Of a DNA stretch of 64,000 nt, positions 27,807-37,775 are shown one piece after another. How positions within the stretch are numbered: position 1 is the first letter of the stretch; each line of letters starts with the position of its first letter. Both the position numbers and the translations under genes were made by a program. This DNA comes from an uncultured archaeon (GTDB lineage Archaea; Asgardarchaeota; Heimdallarchaeia; Heimdallarchaeales; Kariarchaeaceae). The stretch is taken from assembly GCA_964645535.1 (NCBI GenBank), contig CAZYCQ010000001.1, positions 64,001-128,000 of the forward strand, written 5' to 3'. The notes under the pieces were generated by a model. The model was given only the letters and a program-made list of their open reading frames with translations, was not told the DNA's origin and searched no databases.

Positions 27807-28277
27807 TCATGCATTTTGAAGTGTGATGGAATAGGCTGATCCGTTCCATTGGTAGAATATTGAAGGAGCAACGGAATTTCCATTGATCGTTCCTGAAAAT
27901 GCGATTTCTGAAGTGTTGAACCCTAGGAGGTAGGTGGTGACAATCGTCTCTGAAATGGGGTCAATTCCTGAAAGCACTGCGAAATCATTTTCTGAAGTGG
28001 CGTTGATCTGGTAGTTCTTGTTTGCTATTTCATTGGGTAGGTTGAGCACAATCGAGAGGCTAAAGGATGAAGTTGAAGGATTGCCACGTAAGGCATCCCC
28101 TCGTTCGATCAGATCCAATATTTTTGCCCCTATGTCTGCAAGGGTTTCAGAAAGATTTGCTTCCAACACATTATCTTCGGCCCTATTTTGGAAATTGTTT
28201 AGGGTTAATGCAAAAGCGCCAAAAGCCAGCATTCCCAATAACAGGAGGCTTTGATACATGACAGTTTCATCAGCCAT
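27807..28277 (-). CDS. Secreted/membrane-anchored protein, possibly archaeal pilin-like
   Basis: N-terminal hydrophobic helix continuing into a long amphipathic helix, then beta-rich domain with several N-x-S/T sequons; start MADETV at 28277. Confidence 0.5.
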   Translation of the reverse strand: MADETVMYQSLLLLGMLAFGAFALTLNNFQNRAEDNVLEANLSETLADIGAKILDLIERGDALRGNPSTSSFSLSIVLNLPNEIANKNYQINATSENDFAVLSGIDPISETIVTTYLLGFNTSEIAFSGTINGNSVAPSIFYQWNGSAYSITLQNA

Positions 28278-28341
28278 CTCAAAATATACACAGAATTTCT
28301 CATTTAATAATTTGATCGATGAATGAAGGTGAAAAGAACAT

Positions 28342-29268
28342 TCAATCCCGGATTTGTGTACCTTCCACCAATTTTCGGATATGATTGAGAATTGCATATT
28401 TGACACCGATTAATGCCTCTTCGGAAAGGGCGTCTGCGTCTGGCAGGATGTTCTTCAATTTGGGGATCACATCCATCATTTCAGGAATGGGGGGAAAGAA
28501 TGAAAGGTAATAGCTTGGAACAAAGATGCACAGCTGAAAATACCCGACACGAATTCGGTCATCGGTTGCTTTAGGATCATCAAGCCGGAAACTGAAAACA
28601 AGAACCACGTGCGATTTGGCGGAACCTGCTGGAAGGATATAAACGGATTCATGATATGTATGTCCCTGTCCGGTCAGGATCAGGTATTCAATAGCCAGTT
28701 TATCCAGAAAATGATTGATAGGAATATCCACATCCAGATTGGGAATTTCATGGAAATCCTTCATCAAGACTGCCGGACCTTCACTTTTCAGCTGGAACAG
28801 GGCTGCAGGGAAGTTGTCAGGAAAGAAGATCTCATCTAGAGCCTTTTGTTTGAATCGATATTGTTCAATTTTTGAAACAGCATTTTCAATAACTTGGGCA
28901 AAATCCGCCAAGAAAAACCGTCCTTTATAGACCAAATGGTCGGCTCCGTATTCAAGCCATTTCAGAGTTTGCCTGATATTGTTGTCGTCTACAAGTATTA
29001 TTATTCGCATGGAAGGGAAGCTGTTCTTTATTTCCATACCGAATTTCTTGAAGTCGAATCTTTCTTTTCCCAAATCCATTATCAAAAGGTTCGGCCGGTA
29101 TTGGGTTAAAAGAGAAATGGGATCAACGAAATCCCGCAGTGGAATTGTGGTGATCTTGGTTTTGTAGCGTTCTGCAAGGGAATCTGAAATAATTGTCTTG
29201 ATGGGGATTCTTCCCTCCTCTGCTCCGTCAATCAGCATAAATGAGAGTTCGGACTTTTCTGAGATCAT
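28342..29268 (-). CDS. Response-regulator receiver domain fused to a longin/uDENN-like C-terminal domain
   Basis: PNLLIMDLG, GADHLVYK receiver motifs; C-terminal LFQLKSEGP...TGQG...VFSFRLDD....R..YFQLCIFV. Confidence 0.6.
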   Translation of the reverse strand: MISEKSELSFMLIDGAEEGRIPIKTIISDSLAERYKTKITTIPLRDFVDPISLLTQYRPNLLIMDLGKERFDFKKFGMEIKNSFPSMRIIILVDDNNIRQTLKWLEYGADHLVYKGRFFLADFAQVIENAVSKIEQYRFKQKALDEIFFPDNFPAALFQLKSEGPAVLMKDFHEIPNLDVDIPINHFLDKLAIEYLILTGQGHTYHESVYILPAGSAKSHVVLVFSFRLDDPKATDDRIRVGYFQLCIFVPSYYLSFFPPIPEMMDVIPKLKNILPDADALSEEALIGVKYAILNHIRKLVEGTQIRD

Positions 29269-29387
29269 GTGGATTGAAAAAACCTCTATTTACTATTAGA
29301 TTCGTATCTTTTAAGAATAAAAGCATTTTTGTTATTTGTCTCCGCTAGAGATAAAATGAGAAGGTCTCCACAACAATTAGGCTTTTA

Positions 29388-30047
29388 TTGGCAGACTTGT
29401 TCTTTCTGATTGTGGTGGACTTTGACATCATCGAACCTGAAGGGGAGGTTCCATATAAGGTCGGACTGGATCTTCAAATGGAGTGTTGGAAGGAAGTTCA
29501 AGAAGGCGGAAAAAGTAAAGTAATCTTTCTTGAACATTCCCCTACAATTACGCTTGGAAGAAGAACGAAACAGTCACATCTTTTCCATACGATTGATGAA
29601 TACAGGGAAATGGGGATTGAAGTCGTGAAGGTGGATCGAGGCGGTTCAGTCACCTATCATGGCCCCGGACAACTTGTCGGGTATATCATCACAAAAGTCT
29701 CCAAACATGGAGGAACTCACAACCTAGTCACAAAGACAATGGCGCTTCTTGAAAAGGCAATCCACGATTTGGGCATCCAATGCAGAAAAAACAATGAATT
29801 TCCGGGAATTTGGACAGAAACCAAACCCATGAAGAAATTGGCGGCAATTGGAATGCAGATTAAATCAGGAGTTTCTCTTCATGGGTTCGCAGTTAACGTT
29901 GATCTTGACCTTGAACCATTTACCAAAATTCTTCCTTGCGGTTTACCTGAACCAGTGTCGACACTGAGCATTGAATTGGGTAGGAAGGTGAGGGTACAAG
30001 AAACAAAATACAAAATCTCCATGCTTCTACCGGATTTCCTCTTTTAA
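29388..30047 (+). CDS. lipB: Lipoyl(octanoyl) transferase
   Basis: LEHSPTITLG, DRGGSVTYHGPGQLVGY, KLAAIG, HGFAVN, PCG. Confidence 0.93.
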   Translation: MADLFFLIVVDFDIIEPEGEVPYKVGLDLQMECWKEVQEGGKSKVIFLEHSPTITLGRRTKQSHLFHTIDEYREMGIEVVKVDRGGSVTYHGPGQLVGYIITKVSKHGGTHNLVTKTMALLEKAIHDLGIQCRKNNEFPGIWTETKPMKKLAAIGMQIKSGVSLHGFAVNVDLDLEPFTKILPCGLPEPVSTLSIELGRKVRVQETKYKISMLLPDFLF

Positions 30048-31726
30048 AGCAGGTCTTGTTCAGAGCCAGGGTTCTGAAGCATCATTTTACGTAAAAGGCT
30101 TATTGGTGGACTACCATAGCTGAGAAGTGAATCATGGAAAGTTTTCAGATTGAATTCTCCGCCTTTTTCTTGTTCATAATCCCTTCTCAATTTTTTGATT
30201 AGAAGTTTGCCAAGTGTATAATTAAGATACATAGGATTGACAGTCCCTCTTGAAGCTTCAACCATGGCCGCCGGTTCAGTCATGAAAGCCTTTTCCATGA
30301 ACAGTTGCTTGGCTTCCTGTACTGTCATTCCTTTTGTATGCATTTTGATTGCCGCTACGTAACGGCAGTTGCGGATCAAAGCACCCAGAAGTTGACCGAC
30401 ATGCAACTTTGTCCTGTCAAATGGATCATATCCTTCTTCATAGACCATTTCCTCAGTATAATGAGCATATCCCTCTATCATTGTGACAGATCTGGCGAAC
30501 ATCTTGATCAAGTCAGATTCTGCAGATCGATTGTAGAGAAGTTGTAGGTAATGACCTGGCCAAACTTCATGGATAGTGACCATCTCCAAAAACGCATGGG
30601 AAAAAAACCTGAGAAAATCCTTTCGTTTTTCCTCAGGCCATGCCGGATCAGGGGGTGTCACCCAATAGTACGCTTCAGAGGCTTCATCCTTTTCGAAGGG
30701 ACCTGGTGTTGACATAGCGGCAAATGCAAAGCCTCGGGCAAATTTTGGAGTCGGAACAACATTGCATTGCTGTGTTGTGGGCAATGTCACGATATCCTTT
30801 TTGATCAGAAAATCTCGAGTGCGGTCAAGTGATTTTAACACAGTCGGAATCAAGTCCTCTTCAGAAGGATGATCGTTTTGCACAGCATGAATGTAATCAG
30901 CCCCCCTTTCGTCCAATATTTTCTTCATTTCGTAATAATTGCTCTCTAAATCTTCTTCACCCACTTTTAGAAGGTAATCAAGATCCAAATTGATCGATTC
31001 TGTCTTACTTAGCAGTTTTGAGAATTTCTCGGCACCCATAGCAAAGTCATCATGAGATTTAGGTAGGTAGTCTTTTGCCAAGCTGTCGAAAAATTCGGAT
31101 AATGCCCCTACTGCACGGATGTTGGCTTCTGACCATTCTTGGATAAGGTCTTCATCATCTGCTTGAACTATGAAGGAGATGAGATTATCTTTAAGAAAAG
31201 TCATAACTCCTTTAAGAAATTGCATTGCCATGTTTAGTTTTGCGGAAGGCAAGGATTGTTTCAGGTTTTCTTTTGCAGTCATCAGATATCGGGGGATCTG
31301 TTTTTCCATGGAAATGATTGACCTGATTCTATTTTCGACGGTATCAAAAGATCTGGCAACGTACGAAGTTTCAATCATCGTCAACGGAAAAATATAGATC
31401 AACGGATTTTCCTCAAACTCTCTGTGCTCGGTGAGATAGAACAGTTCTTCCTCTAGTCTCATTCGAACCAGTTCAAGTTCAAATTCTTCAAATTTATTTT
31501 TGAAAGGAAGCCGACTTACATATTCTATGTCATTCTTTAGTTCTTCAACCCTTTTTTCGATCCTTTCTTTAGAATAATCTGGAAGAAAGCCATCATATTC
31601 ATGAATGCCTAGGGAGTGAGCTGTTGAAGGATTGGCAGATAGCCACCGTTGAACTACACCATGAAGATCCTTCCGTATTGAAAAATCCATAGGATGTCTT
31701 CCTGTAGTAGTTCTTAAATTTTTCAT
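30044..31726 (-). CDS. DUF885 family protein (putative metallopeptidase)
   Basis: IHEVWPGHYLQ, EGYAHYTE, YTLGKL, FNLKTFHD. Confidence 0.9.
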   Translation of the reverse strand: MKNLRTTTGRHPMDFSIRKDLHGVVQRWLSANPSTAHSLGIHEYDGFLPDYSKERIEKRVEELKNDIEYVSRLPFKNKFEEFELELVRMRLEEELFYLTEHREFEENPLIYIFPLTMIETSYVARSFDTVENRIRSIISMEKQIPRYLMTAKENLKQSLPSAKLNMAMQFLKGVMTFLKDNLISFIVQADDEDLIQEWSEANIRAVGALSEFFDSLAKDYLPKSHDDFAMGAEKFSKLLSKTESINLDLDYLLKVGEEDLESNYYEMKKILDERGADYIHAVQNDHPSEEDLIPTVLKSLDRTRDFLIKKDIVTLPTTQQCNVVPTPKFARGFAFAAMSTPGPFEKDEASEAYYWVTPPDPAWPEEKRKDFLRFFSHAFLEMVTIHEVWPGHYLQLLYNRSAESDLIKMFARSVTMIEGYAHYTEEMVYEEGYDPFDRTKLHVGQLLGALIRNCRYVAAIKMHTKGMTVQEAKQLFMEKAFMTEPAAMVEASRGTVNPMYLNYTLGKLLIKKLRRDYEQEKGGEFNLKTFHDSLLSYGSPPISLLRKMMLQNPGSEQDLL

Positions 31727-31810
31727 ATTTCGGTGGGCAAGAATGTTCCATAAACTTCCTTATATAATAGCTAGGTAATTAATATTAGAGAACAGAAAAG
31801 GAGGATCAAA

Positions 31811-32995
31811 ATGAAACTAAAAACCAATTACCTTTTTGTTCTGCTAATTATTGCAGGATTGATTTTTGCCGCGGTTCCTTCAAAGCAGGTGCTTGCGGAT
31901 GAAAATGACACAGATCATACTGAAACATCAGATGACCACTCAGATGATCATTCAGATGACCACTCAGATGATCATTCAGATGACCACACTGATGACCACT
32001 CAACCGAAACGGAACACGAAACTGATACAAAGGAAAATGAAACCGAGGATCACTTTGAAGAAAAGAGTCAAGCGTTCGAAAGAGAGCATAAAATTGAGAA
32101 AGGAAATGAAGAATTTAAGTTGGAATCAGAAGCGAAAGCCGGATCTCAAAAAGATAAGATTGAAATTGAATTCAAGGCAGGAGGCAATGACGAGCTTGAA
32201 TTTGATTTTAAATATTCAACCAAAATTGACGAGAATAAAACCAAGCTTCGTTTCCGTTTCAAGATTGACAAAATAATCGAATTCGTCGAAAATGGGACTG
32301 AACCAGGATATCAACCAGGAGAGGAGGTTCAGGAGGTTCGACTCGGAGATATCGGTTGGAAGAACCTTGCCTATACCACGGAAAACCAAATTGAGGTCAT
32401 TACCGCCGAAACTATGGACGGAATGTTCAAACTGGTTATCAGGTATTCACCAACAATCATCAATGAGAGAAACTTTACCCTGACCCCCAATTCTCTCAAA
32501 TTTGACATCATTATTACCAACTTCCAATATCAGGAGACAGGAAGCCAACTTGCGGTTGAAACCAAATTGAAGACCGTCGCCAAACTTGAATACAAGACCC
32601 AATCTTTTGAGGAAGAAAATGGTTTCGGTGAACATGAACAAGAAATGGCACTTGAAGCTGGAGAATACAGAGGATACTTTTCATGGGCTGAAATTGCAGA
32701 AGCTGATGGACAGGTGGTAGCAGTCATCCCCTCTGAAACTTTTGATGCATCAGATGAAGAAGATGATCTTGATGTTGGAGAGACAGCTTCGAAGATGTTT
32801 TTTGCCTTTAATGCGACCAATCCGGACGTAATAGTTTGGGATCCAAAAATCGGAGTGGTCAGCGTATCTGCCATGGAGGCACTTTCCCAGTTGCTAGGCA
32901 GCAATTCTCCGGACTTGGCATTGCCGATCAACTTTTGGGTAATTGTATTTGCATTCTCTTCGATAGCATTAATTACAAGAAGATTTAGAAAATAG
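31811..32995 (+). CDS. Secreted acidic surface protein with His/Asp-rich repeat and C-terminal anchor
   Basis: Signal peptide, (S/T)DDH x6, beta-rich body with LKFDIIITNF and IVWDPKIG, terminal TM plus RRFRK. Confidence 0.8.
   Translation: MKLKTNYLFVLLIIAGLIFAAVPSKQVLADENDTDHTETSDDHSDDHSDDHSDDHSDDHTDDHSTETEHETDTKENETEDHFEEKSQAFEREHKIEKGNEEFKLESEAKAGSQKDKIEIEFKAGGNDELEFDFKYSTKIDENKTKLRFRFKIDKIIEFVENGTEPGYQPGEEVQEVRLGDIGWKNLAYTTENQIEVITAETMDGMFKLVIRYSPTIINERNFTLTPNSLKFDIIITNFQYQETGSQLAVETKLKTVAKLEYKTQSFEEENGFGEHEQEMALEAGEYRGYFSWAEIAEADGQVVAVIPSETFDASDEEDDLDVGETASKMFFAFNATNPDVIVWDPKIGVVSVSAMEALSQLLGSNSPDLALPINFWVIVFAFSSIALITRRFRK
31928..31999 (+). repeat. 12-bp coding tandem repeat, six units
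   Basis: tcagatgaccac/tcagatgatcat alternate (24-bp higher-order unit); last unit actgatgaccac. Confidence 0.9.
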
Positions 32996-32996
32996 A

Positions 32997-35900
32997 TTAA
33001 ACTTTGATTTTACCCTCTTCCTTAACGTAATACACAGGCGGTTTAGCACGAATCCGACATTCTTCAAGAAATTCAAGTAAAGCCGGGTCTTTTTCTTGAC
33101 GTTTTTGTGAACGTTCAATGGCTTTGCGAACCCGATCAGCAATTCGATGCCGTGGAATTGCTTCAGCAATTAATGTCATAGTCTCGTATGCATCCCGTCG
33201 GATTGAGGCGGATGAATGGTTAGCACCTTTCAAGGCCACCGTGACCATTTTGTTGAGCCCTTTCTCGATATTGCCAGGGATGGATTTCATTTTTGAAACT
33301 CGTTCCATTGTTTGCTTGAGAACTTGTTTTGCTACGTTTCTTGTAGCCATTTCTTCATCTGTCACAAGATTGGGAAGCAGGATCAAAGCCTCATCAACTA
33401 GAGTAAGATCCCGTTCTACGAGATTTCCAAGCAATAGAGCACCAGTCTGTCTGTTTCTGATATTTTTTGATTTGACCAGCTTTTTGCTTACGCCTAGGAA
33501 CTCTTTTGCCAAATCTTTTTTCCGTTCAAGTAATAATTCCACTGCATCCAAAGCTGTTTCGGAAACACGACCATCAGCGTCTTTCAACGCCATGGTCATT
33601 CTTCGTATCAACTCATTTTGGAAAGCATGGGAATGAAGGCCGATTCTAAATGAGGCATGATAGGCAGAATTCCTGACATTCCAGTCCTGTGAATTGGTAT
33701 AGGGATTCAATAAATCTAGGATCTCTTGAGCTAGCGTATTGTTCCTAATTCCAATTTCACCAAGAATTTTTAGGCATTTTTCAAGGATTTCACCGGAAGA
33801 GGAATTAAGTATGTCAGAAACCAATCGGTAAATGGGACGAGCCATTTCAGAATGCATTGAGGTCAATTGGAAGAGTAAGTCAAGAGTGGCGGATTTAACC
33901 TGTTCGTTTTGATTTTCGACCAAATTTTCTGCTATGAAAAACAGGTCTTCAGCCAATACGTTTTGGTTATCTGCAAGATAGGTTAAGGCACGAATAATAT
34001 GCAGTATTACCTCAACATCTTTGTTTTTCTTAAGTACGAGGGAGAGTAAATTAAAGCACTCCATGTCAAATCGATCTTCCTTTTTCACGATTTCAGCAAT
34101 CAATTCCACAGTTGCAATCAATTGATCACGTGATTGCATCAATTCATCAAAGGATGATTTTATGAGATTGAATATCTGGTCTGATTCAACAGTATCGTTT
34201 CGAATTGAAAATCTCAATCCTTTTAAAGCATATAGCCGGATATCCTTATCCTCAGATGAAAAAATGCTGAGAAGGTGCTGGGTGATCGTTTCAATTGTAT
34301 TGCTTTGAAATGATGCCATATTGGAAAGGATTTTTGCAGAATTTCGTCGAGTCGTCAAATCCGGATTTTCAAGTTCATTGACCACTAAACCCAGAAGTTC
34401 CTCTGTCAAGGAAGGTCTTGCCCTTAAAATTTGCCGCAATGCCTCAATTATCTGTTCATCCTGTTCTTGTGTGGTATCTTCTTGATGAAGTTGAGTGATA
34501 AGTGAGGAAATCAAGAGAGAACCGATTTCATGGCTTTTTCTTGATATTTGATGGATAAAATTGAGAACCTGTTCCTGTATCCCGCCAGTTCGTCTTGTAA
34601 CTGTCCGGATGACCAAGGCAATTATTGCCCCCCTTAGTGACGGAACATCATCAATTAATACTTGTAAGGTTCTATTAGCTTCCCAAGAAACAGAAACATC
34701 GGGATCGTACAGTTTGCTAATGATAAGAAGAAGCATTTCCATAATTCGGTCATCAGAAAAGAGTTTGGCATAGTATTTGAGAGCCCTAGTGGCAAAAATT
34801 TTGACACCAACCGATTCATCTTCCAAAGCATTGAGAAGCATCATATAGTAATCCTCATCCGGTTGATCTAGGTTGACAATAATTGAAAGCAAGGCTTTTG
34901 ATGCCGCCACCCGAACTGGTTCCTTTGGGGAATTCAAGGTTTCATGTAGGATCTCCTTGAAAAGGTTATGAGATTCGTTGTCTTCGGAGACTTGCTCTCT
35001 TGCCAAGTCAAGGAGAGCAACCAATGCCTTTTCAGAATGAATCTTATGGTAGAACTCTACCCAACCCGAAATATCTTCGTAATATTCAGGGATTTGCCAT
35101 ACAAGCCTCCTTTCAACAGACCCGGGAGGGTTAAGGATCACGATCGTTGAGGAAACAAGAAGGATGAAGTTTTGCAGGATCAGAAAAAGAAGAACCAATC
35201 TAGGATGGCGATTTACACCAAAAGCGCCTAAAACATTGATATTTTGAATTTCAGGGGATAGGCTGGCGTATACTTCGAGAATGCTCGCCAATACCACACC
35301 CATCAACACAAAAACAGGAAGGAATAGGCTCAAGGTGGAAATTTTGAAGCCACTTTCATTCCATACCGCGAGCATTTCCTTTAATGCACCACGTCCCTTG
35401 TTTAAAATTGAAAGGGTAAAGATTGCACCAACACTAAAAGAAGCCACAGCAGTTCCTTTTTGGGAAATGGTGACAATATCCAAGACATTTTCTATAACAA
35501 AAAAGAGAGTTGTCAACAACGCTTGAATTGCGAAAAGAACAAGCAATGCCCGCCCCAATTCAACTTCTGGAATCAGCCGGAATGACCCGTCAGGATCCCT
35601 GAATTTGAGTTTTGGCCACCCCAATCTGAAAAAATCTTTCCAAAAACGTCCTTTTCGAACAAGTTTCAGTGTGAGCAAATCTTCACCAAGTCCGGAACCA
35701 GCCAATGCCCCAAGGTTAGCCATAGGCAGAACAAGAGCCCACAAAAGGATTGCGGTTATGAAAGACGTGTGCAAAAATTGAATCAAAAGAAAAATAGGTA
35801 AAATGTAAAGGCCAAGATAAGCAACCAATGTGGCGAGAATTCGTGATTTTAATTTCTGTGCAAGATCTTCCATTAGTTCCTCAATAATGAATTCAGCAGG

Positions 35901-36320
35901 AATTGCAGATTCCTCACCCATTTCAGAAAGGCTGTAAAATTCAAAAAACGGGAAAATCAAAAGAAAAGCAACGGTAATAAGTATCAGGAAACGAGACAAT
36001 AGAGTACTTTCTGCATCATTCAGGATTTCTATTGAGACGACAAACAGGGTGACAAATCCCAATGCCACCAAGAGAGAGAAAAGGTAAAGCGCAATCAATC
36101 GAGAAAAAGGAAGATCCCCGACATCTGTTACTCCTGCTGTATTTTTTACTTCATCAGCAGCAAATGAATAAGAACCCAAGGTAATTAGGACAAATAAGAT
36201 TGAAGCCACTCCGGAAACGACCAATGGATCCAAAAATTGCGGATCTTGGGTAATGGTAAAAAGAAGATAATAGATAAGAACAATCATTAAACTAAGAAAA
36301 AGGGAAATACGAGGTTTCAC
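32997..36320 (-). CDS. Polytopic membrane protein with long C-terminal HEAT/ARM repeat solenoid
   Basis: About 400 aa of TM segments, then about 650 aa of HEAT-like units (PVRVAASKAL, DIRLYALKGL, WNVRNSAY, SIRRDAYE). Confidence 0.8.
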   Translation of the reverse strand: MKPRISLFLSLMIVLIYYLLFTITQDPQFLDPLVVSGVASILFVLITLGSYSFAADEVKNTAGVTDVGDLPFSRLIALYLFSLLVALGFVTLFVVSIEILNDAESTLLSRFLILITVAFLLIFPFFEFYSLSEMGEESAIPAEFIIEELMEDLAQKLKSRILATLVAYLGLYILPIFLLIQFLHTSFITAILLWALVLPMANLGALAGSGLGEDLLTLKLVRKGRFWKDFFRLGWPKLKFRDPDGSFRLIPEVELGRALLVLFAIQALLTTLFFVIENVLDIVTISQKGTAVASFSVGAIFTLSILNKGRGALKEMLAVWNESGFKISTLSLFLPVFVLMGVVLASILEVYASLSPEIQNINVLGAFGVNRHPRLVLLFLILQNFILLVSSTIVILNPPGSVERRLVWQIPEYYEDISGWVEFYHKIHSEKALVALLDLAREQVSEDNESHNLFKEILHETLNSPKEPVRVAASKALLSIIVNLDQPDEDYYMMLLNALEDESVGVKIFATRALKYYAKLFSDDRIMEMLLLIISKLYDPDVSVSWEANRTLQVLIDDVPSLRGAIIALVIRTVTRRTGGIQEQVLNFIHQISRKSHEIGSLLISSLITQLHQEDTTQEQDEQIIEALRQILRARPSLTEELLGLVVNELENPDLTTRRNSAKILSNMASFQSNTIETITQHLLSIFSSEDKDIRLYALKGLRFSIRNDTVESDQIFNLIKSSFDELMQSRDQLIATVELIAEIVKKEDRFDMECFNLLSLVLKKNKDVEVILHIIRALTYLADNQNVLAEDLFFIAENLVENQNEQVKSATLDLLFQLTSMHSEMARPIYRLVSDILNSSSGEILEKCLKILGEIGIRNNTLAQEILDLLNPYTNSQDWNVRNSAYHASFRIGLHSHAFQNELIRRMTMALKDADGRVSETALDAVELLLERKKDLAKEFLGVSKKLVKSKNIRNRQTGALLLGNLVERDLTLVDEALILLPNLVTDEEMATRNVAKQVLKQTMERVSKMKSIPGNIEKGLNKMVTVALKGANHSSASIRRDAYETMTLIAEAIPRHRIADRVRKAIERSQKRQEKDPALLEFLEECRIRAKPPVYYVKEEGKIKV

Positions 36321-36369
36321 GAGATAAATTATACATTATGAATTTAATAGTTTACACAATGAAAGAAGA

Positions 36370-36717
36370 TTAAAGTTCACTGCTTTCTGTGGGAGAAGGT
36401 AAATTCAAGGAGACAACAAAAGTCATCAATATTTTCAATTCGTCTGTGGTAATTTTATCATCCAAATTTGCTACATCAAAGGCTTCTTTCAGGATTTTTG
36501 CCTTCAGTTTTTTCAACGAATCCACTTCTTCAGGAGTGATGATCCCATCTTCCAAAGCTTCCTTAAGATGCTCGGTGAATTCTCGCATTGAAATCTCGAT
36601 GTTTTTGAGAACTGTTCGTTCATCTTCTGTGATAATTCCATCTTCTGCTGCAACCTCTACTAGCTTTTTCATTTGTATAGCAAATTGCTCATCTGGTGTG
36701 GAATCCGATGAAGCCAT
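36370..36717 (-). CDS. Small acidic helical repeat protein (TerB/EF-hand-like D-G-x-I-T-x-x-E motifs)
   Basis: DGIITEDE, DGIITPEE, DDKITTDE. Confidence 0.7.
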   Translation of the reverse strand: MASSDSTPDEQFAIQMKKLVEVAAEDGIITEDERTVLKNIEISMREFTEHLKEALEDGIITPEEVDSLKKLKAKILKEAFDVANLDDKITTDELKILMTFVVSLNLPSPTESSEL

Positions 36718-36764
36718 ACTAATAATATATCAATCAAGGTAATAAGCATCTAGGTTTAACATGA

Positions 36765-37727
36765 TCAACAATTTTCGGCAACATATGCTGCACCAAAATA
36801 CCTTCGTTCATCCATCAGAAGATCGATTTTCAAGGATTTAAAGCCTGCTTTTTGGAATATGATCAACCATTTTTCAGGGCTTAGCCAGCCAGGATGGGGG
36901 CGATAATCAAACGTCGGAACATTCCACCATCCCTCAAAGAAGGCAAACATTATTTCTAAAGGCCAAGGGGCATCCGCGGAGTACGGAGATCCTTCCCCTA
37001 TGACCAAAGTCCCTGTTTCCTTCAGATGGGACTTGATCCAACGCAAGGCTGCAACTATGTCGTTTGCCACGTGAATTGCATTTGTTGCGTAAATCACATC
37101 AAATTTTTGATCAATATCGGGAAGGTTATGGAGATCTAGTATTTGAGTATGTAAAGGAAGATCTTTTGGAAGTTTTTTCTTGATTCCCTCAAGAAAATAT
37201 GGCTTGATATCTGAAAAACAAAATGTCTTTGCGCGTTTAAGATCTTCGGCCAACAACAGGGCAGTTCCTCCAACACCGCCACCGATTTCTAAGACATCTG
37301 CATCTTCGATTAACGGATGGACATATCCTGCCACCAATTCATTGAAAAAATTTTGGGTTCCATTGTTTCTATTCCAGTCTTCCCAGAGCTGGACACCACC
37401 AGCTTTGATCACCTGACTTCCAGTAACCTTGCCCGATAGGAAATCCTCAAGATACTTATCTATAAGTTTGAGGTATTCTAGTGTGGGCCTAATTTCTTCC
37501 AAGTCAAATTTGGGCTCAGGCTGTTCTCCTCCATTAAGATGGGAAAGTATCCGTTGAGAAGTTCGGACAAGATAATTTGCTTCTGCCGAAGGAGCATCAT
37601 GCCGGGAAACCCAATCCATCACTCTCGTGGCAAGTCGGAAGCAGATGGGCTCCAGATAGTCATAGTATAGAGAGAGTTTCCTGACACTTGTTTTGCAATC
37701 TATTAAGTGAATATACAGTACCTCCAT
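36765..37727 (-). CDS. Class I SAM-dependent methyltransferase (PKS C-methyltransferase-like)
   Basis: VLEIGGGVGG, FSDI, FDVIYATNAIH, LSPEKW...AGF. Confidence 0.8.
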   Translation of the reverse strand: MEVLYIHLIDCKTSVRKLSLYYDYLEPICFRLATRVMDWVSRHDAPSAEANYLVRTSQRILSHLNGGEQPEPKFDLEEIRPTLEYLKLIDKYLEDFLSGKVTGSQVIKAGGVQLWEDWNRNNGTQNFFNELVAGYVHPLIEDADVLEIGGGVGGTALLLAEDLKRAKTFCFSDIKPYFLEGIKKKLPKDLPLHTQILDLHNLPDIDQKFDVIYATNAIHVANDIVAALRWIKSHLKETGTLVIGEGSPYSADAPWPLEIMFAFFEGWWNVPTFDYRPHPGWLSPEKWLIIFQKAGFKSLKIDLLMDERRYFGAAYVAENC

Positions 37728-37775
37728 ATTTCAAAAGGAAATTAGGTTTTTCAATCTTGAGAATTGGGTAGAAAA

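Noticed and set aside
31928-31999. Possible CRISPR array
   Set aside because: Contiguous 12-bp coding repeats without spacers; no cas genes in the window
31866-32276. Alternative-frame ORF with MTTQMIIQ repeats
   Set aside because: By-product of the 12-bp SDDH repeat in the real gene
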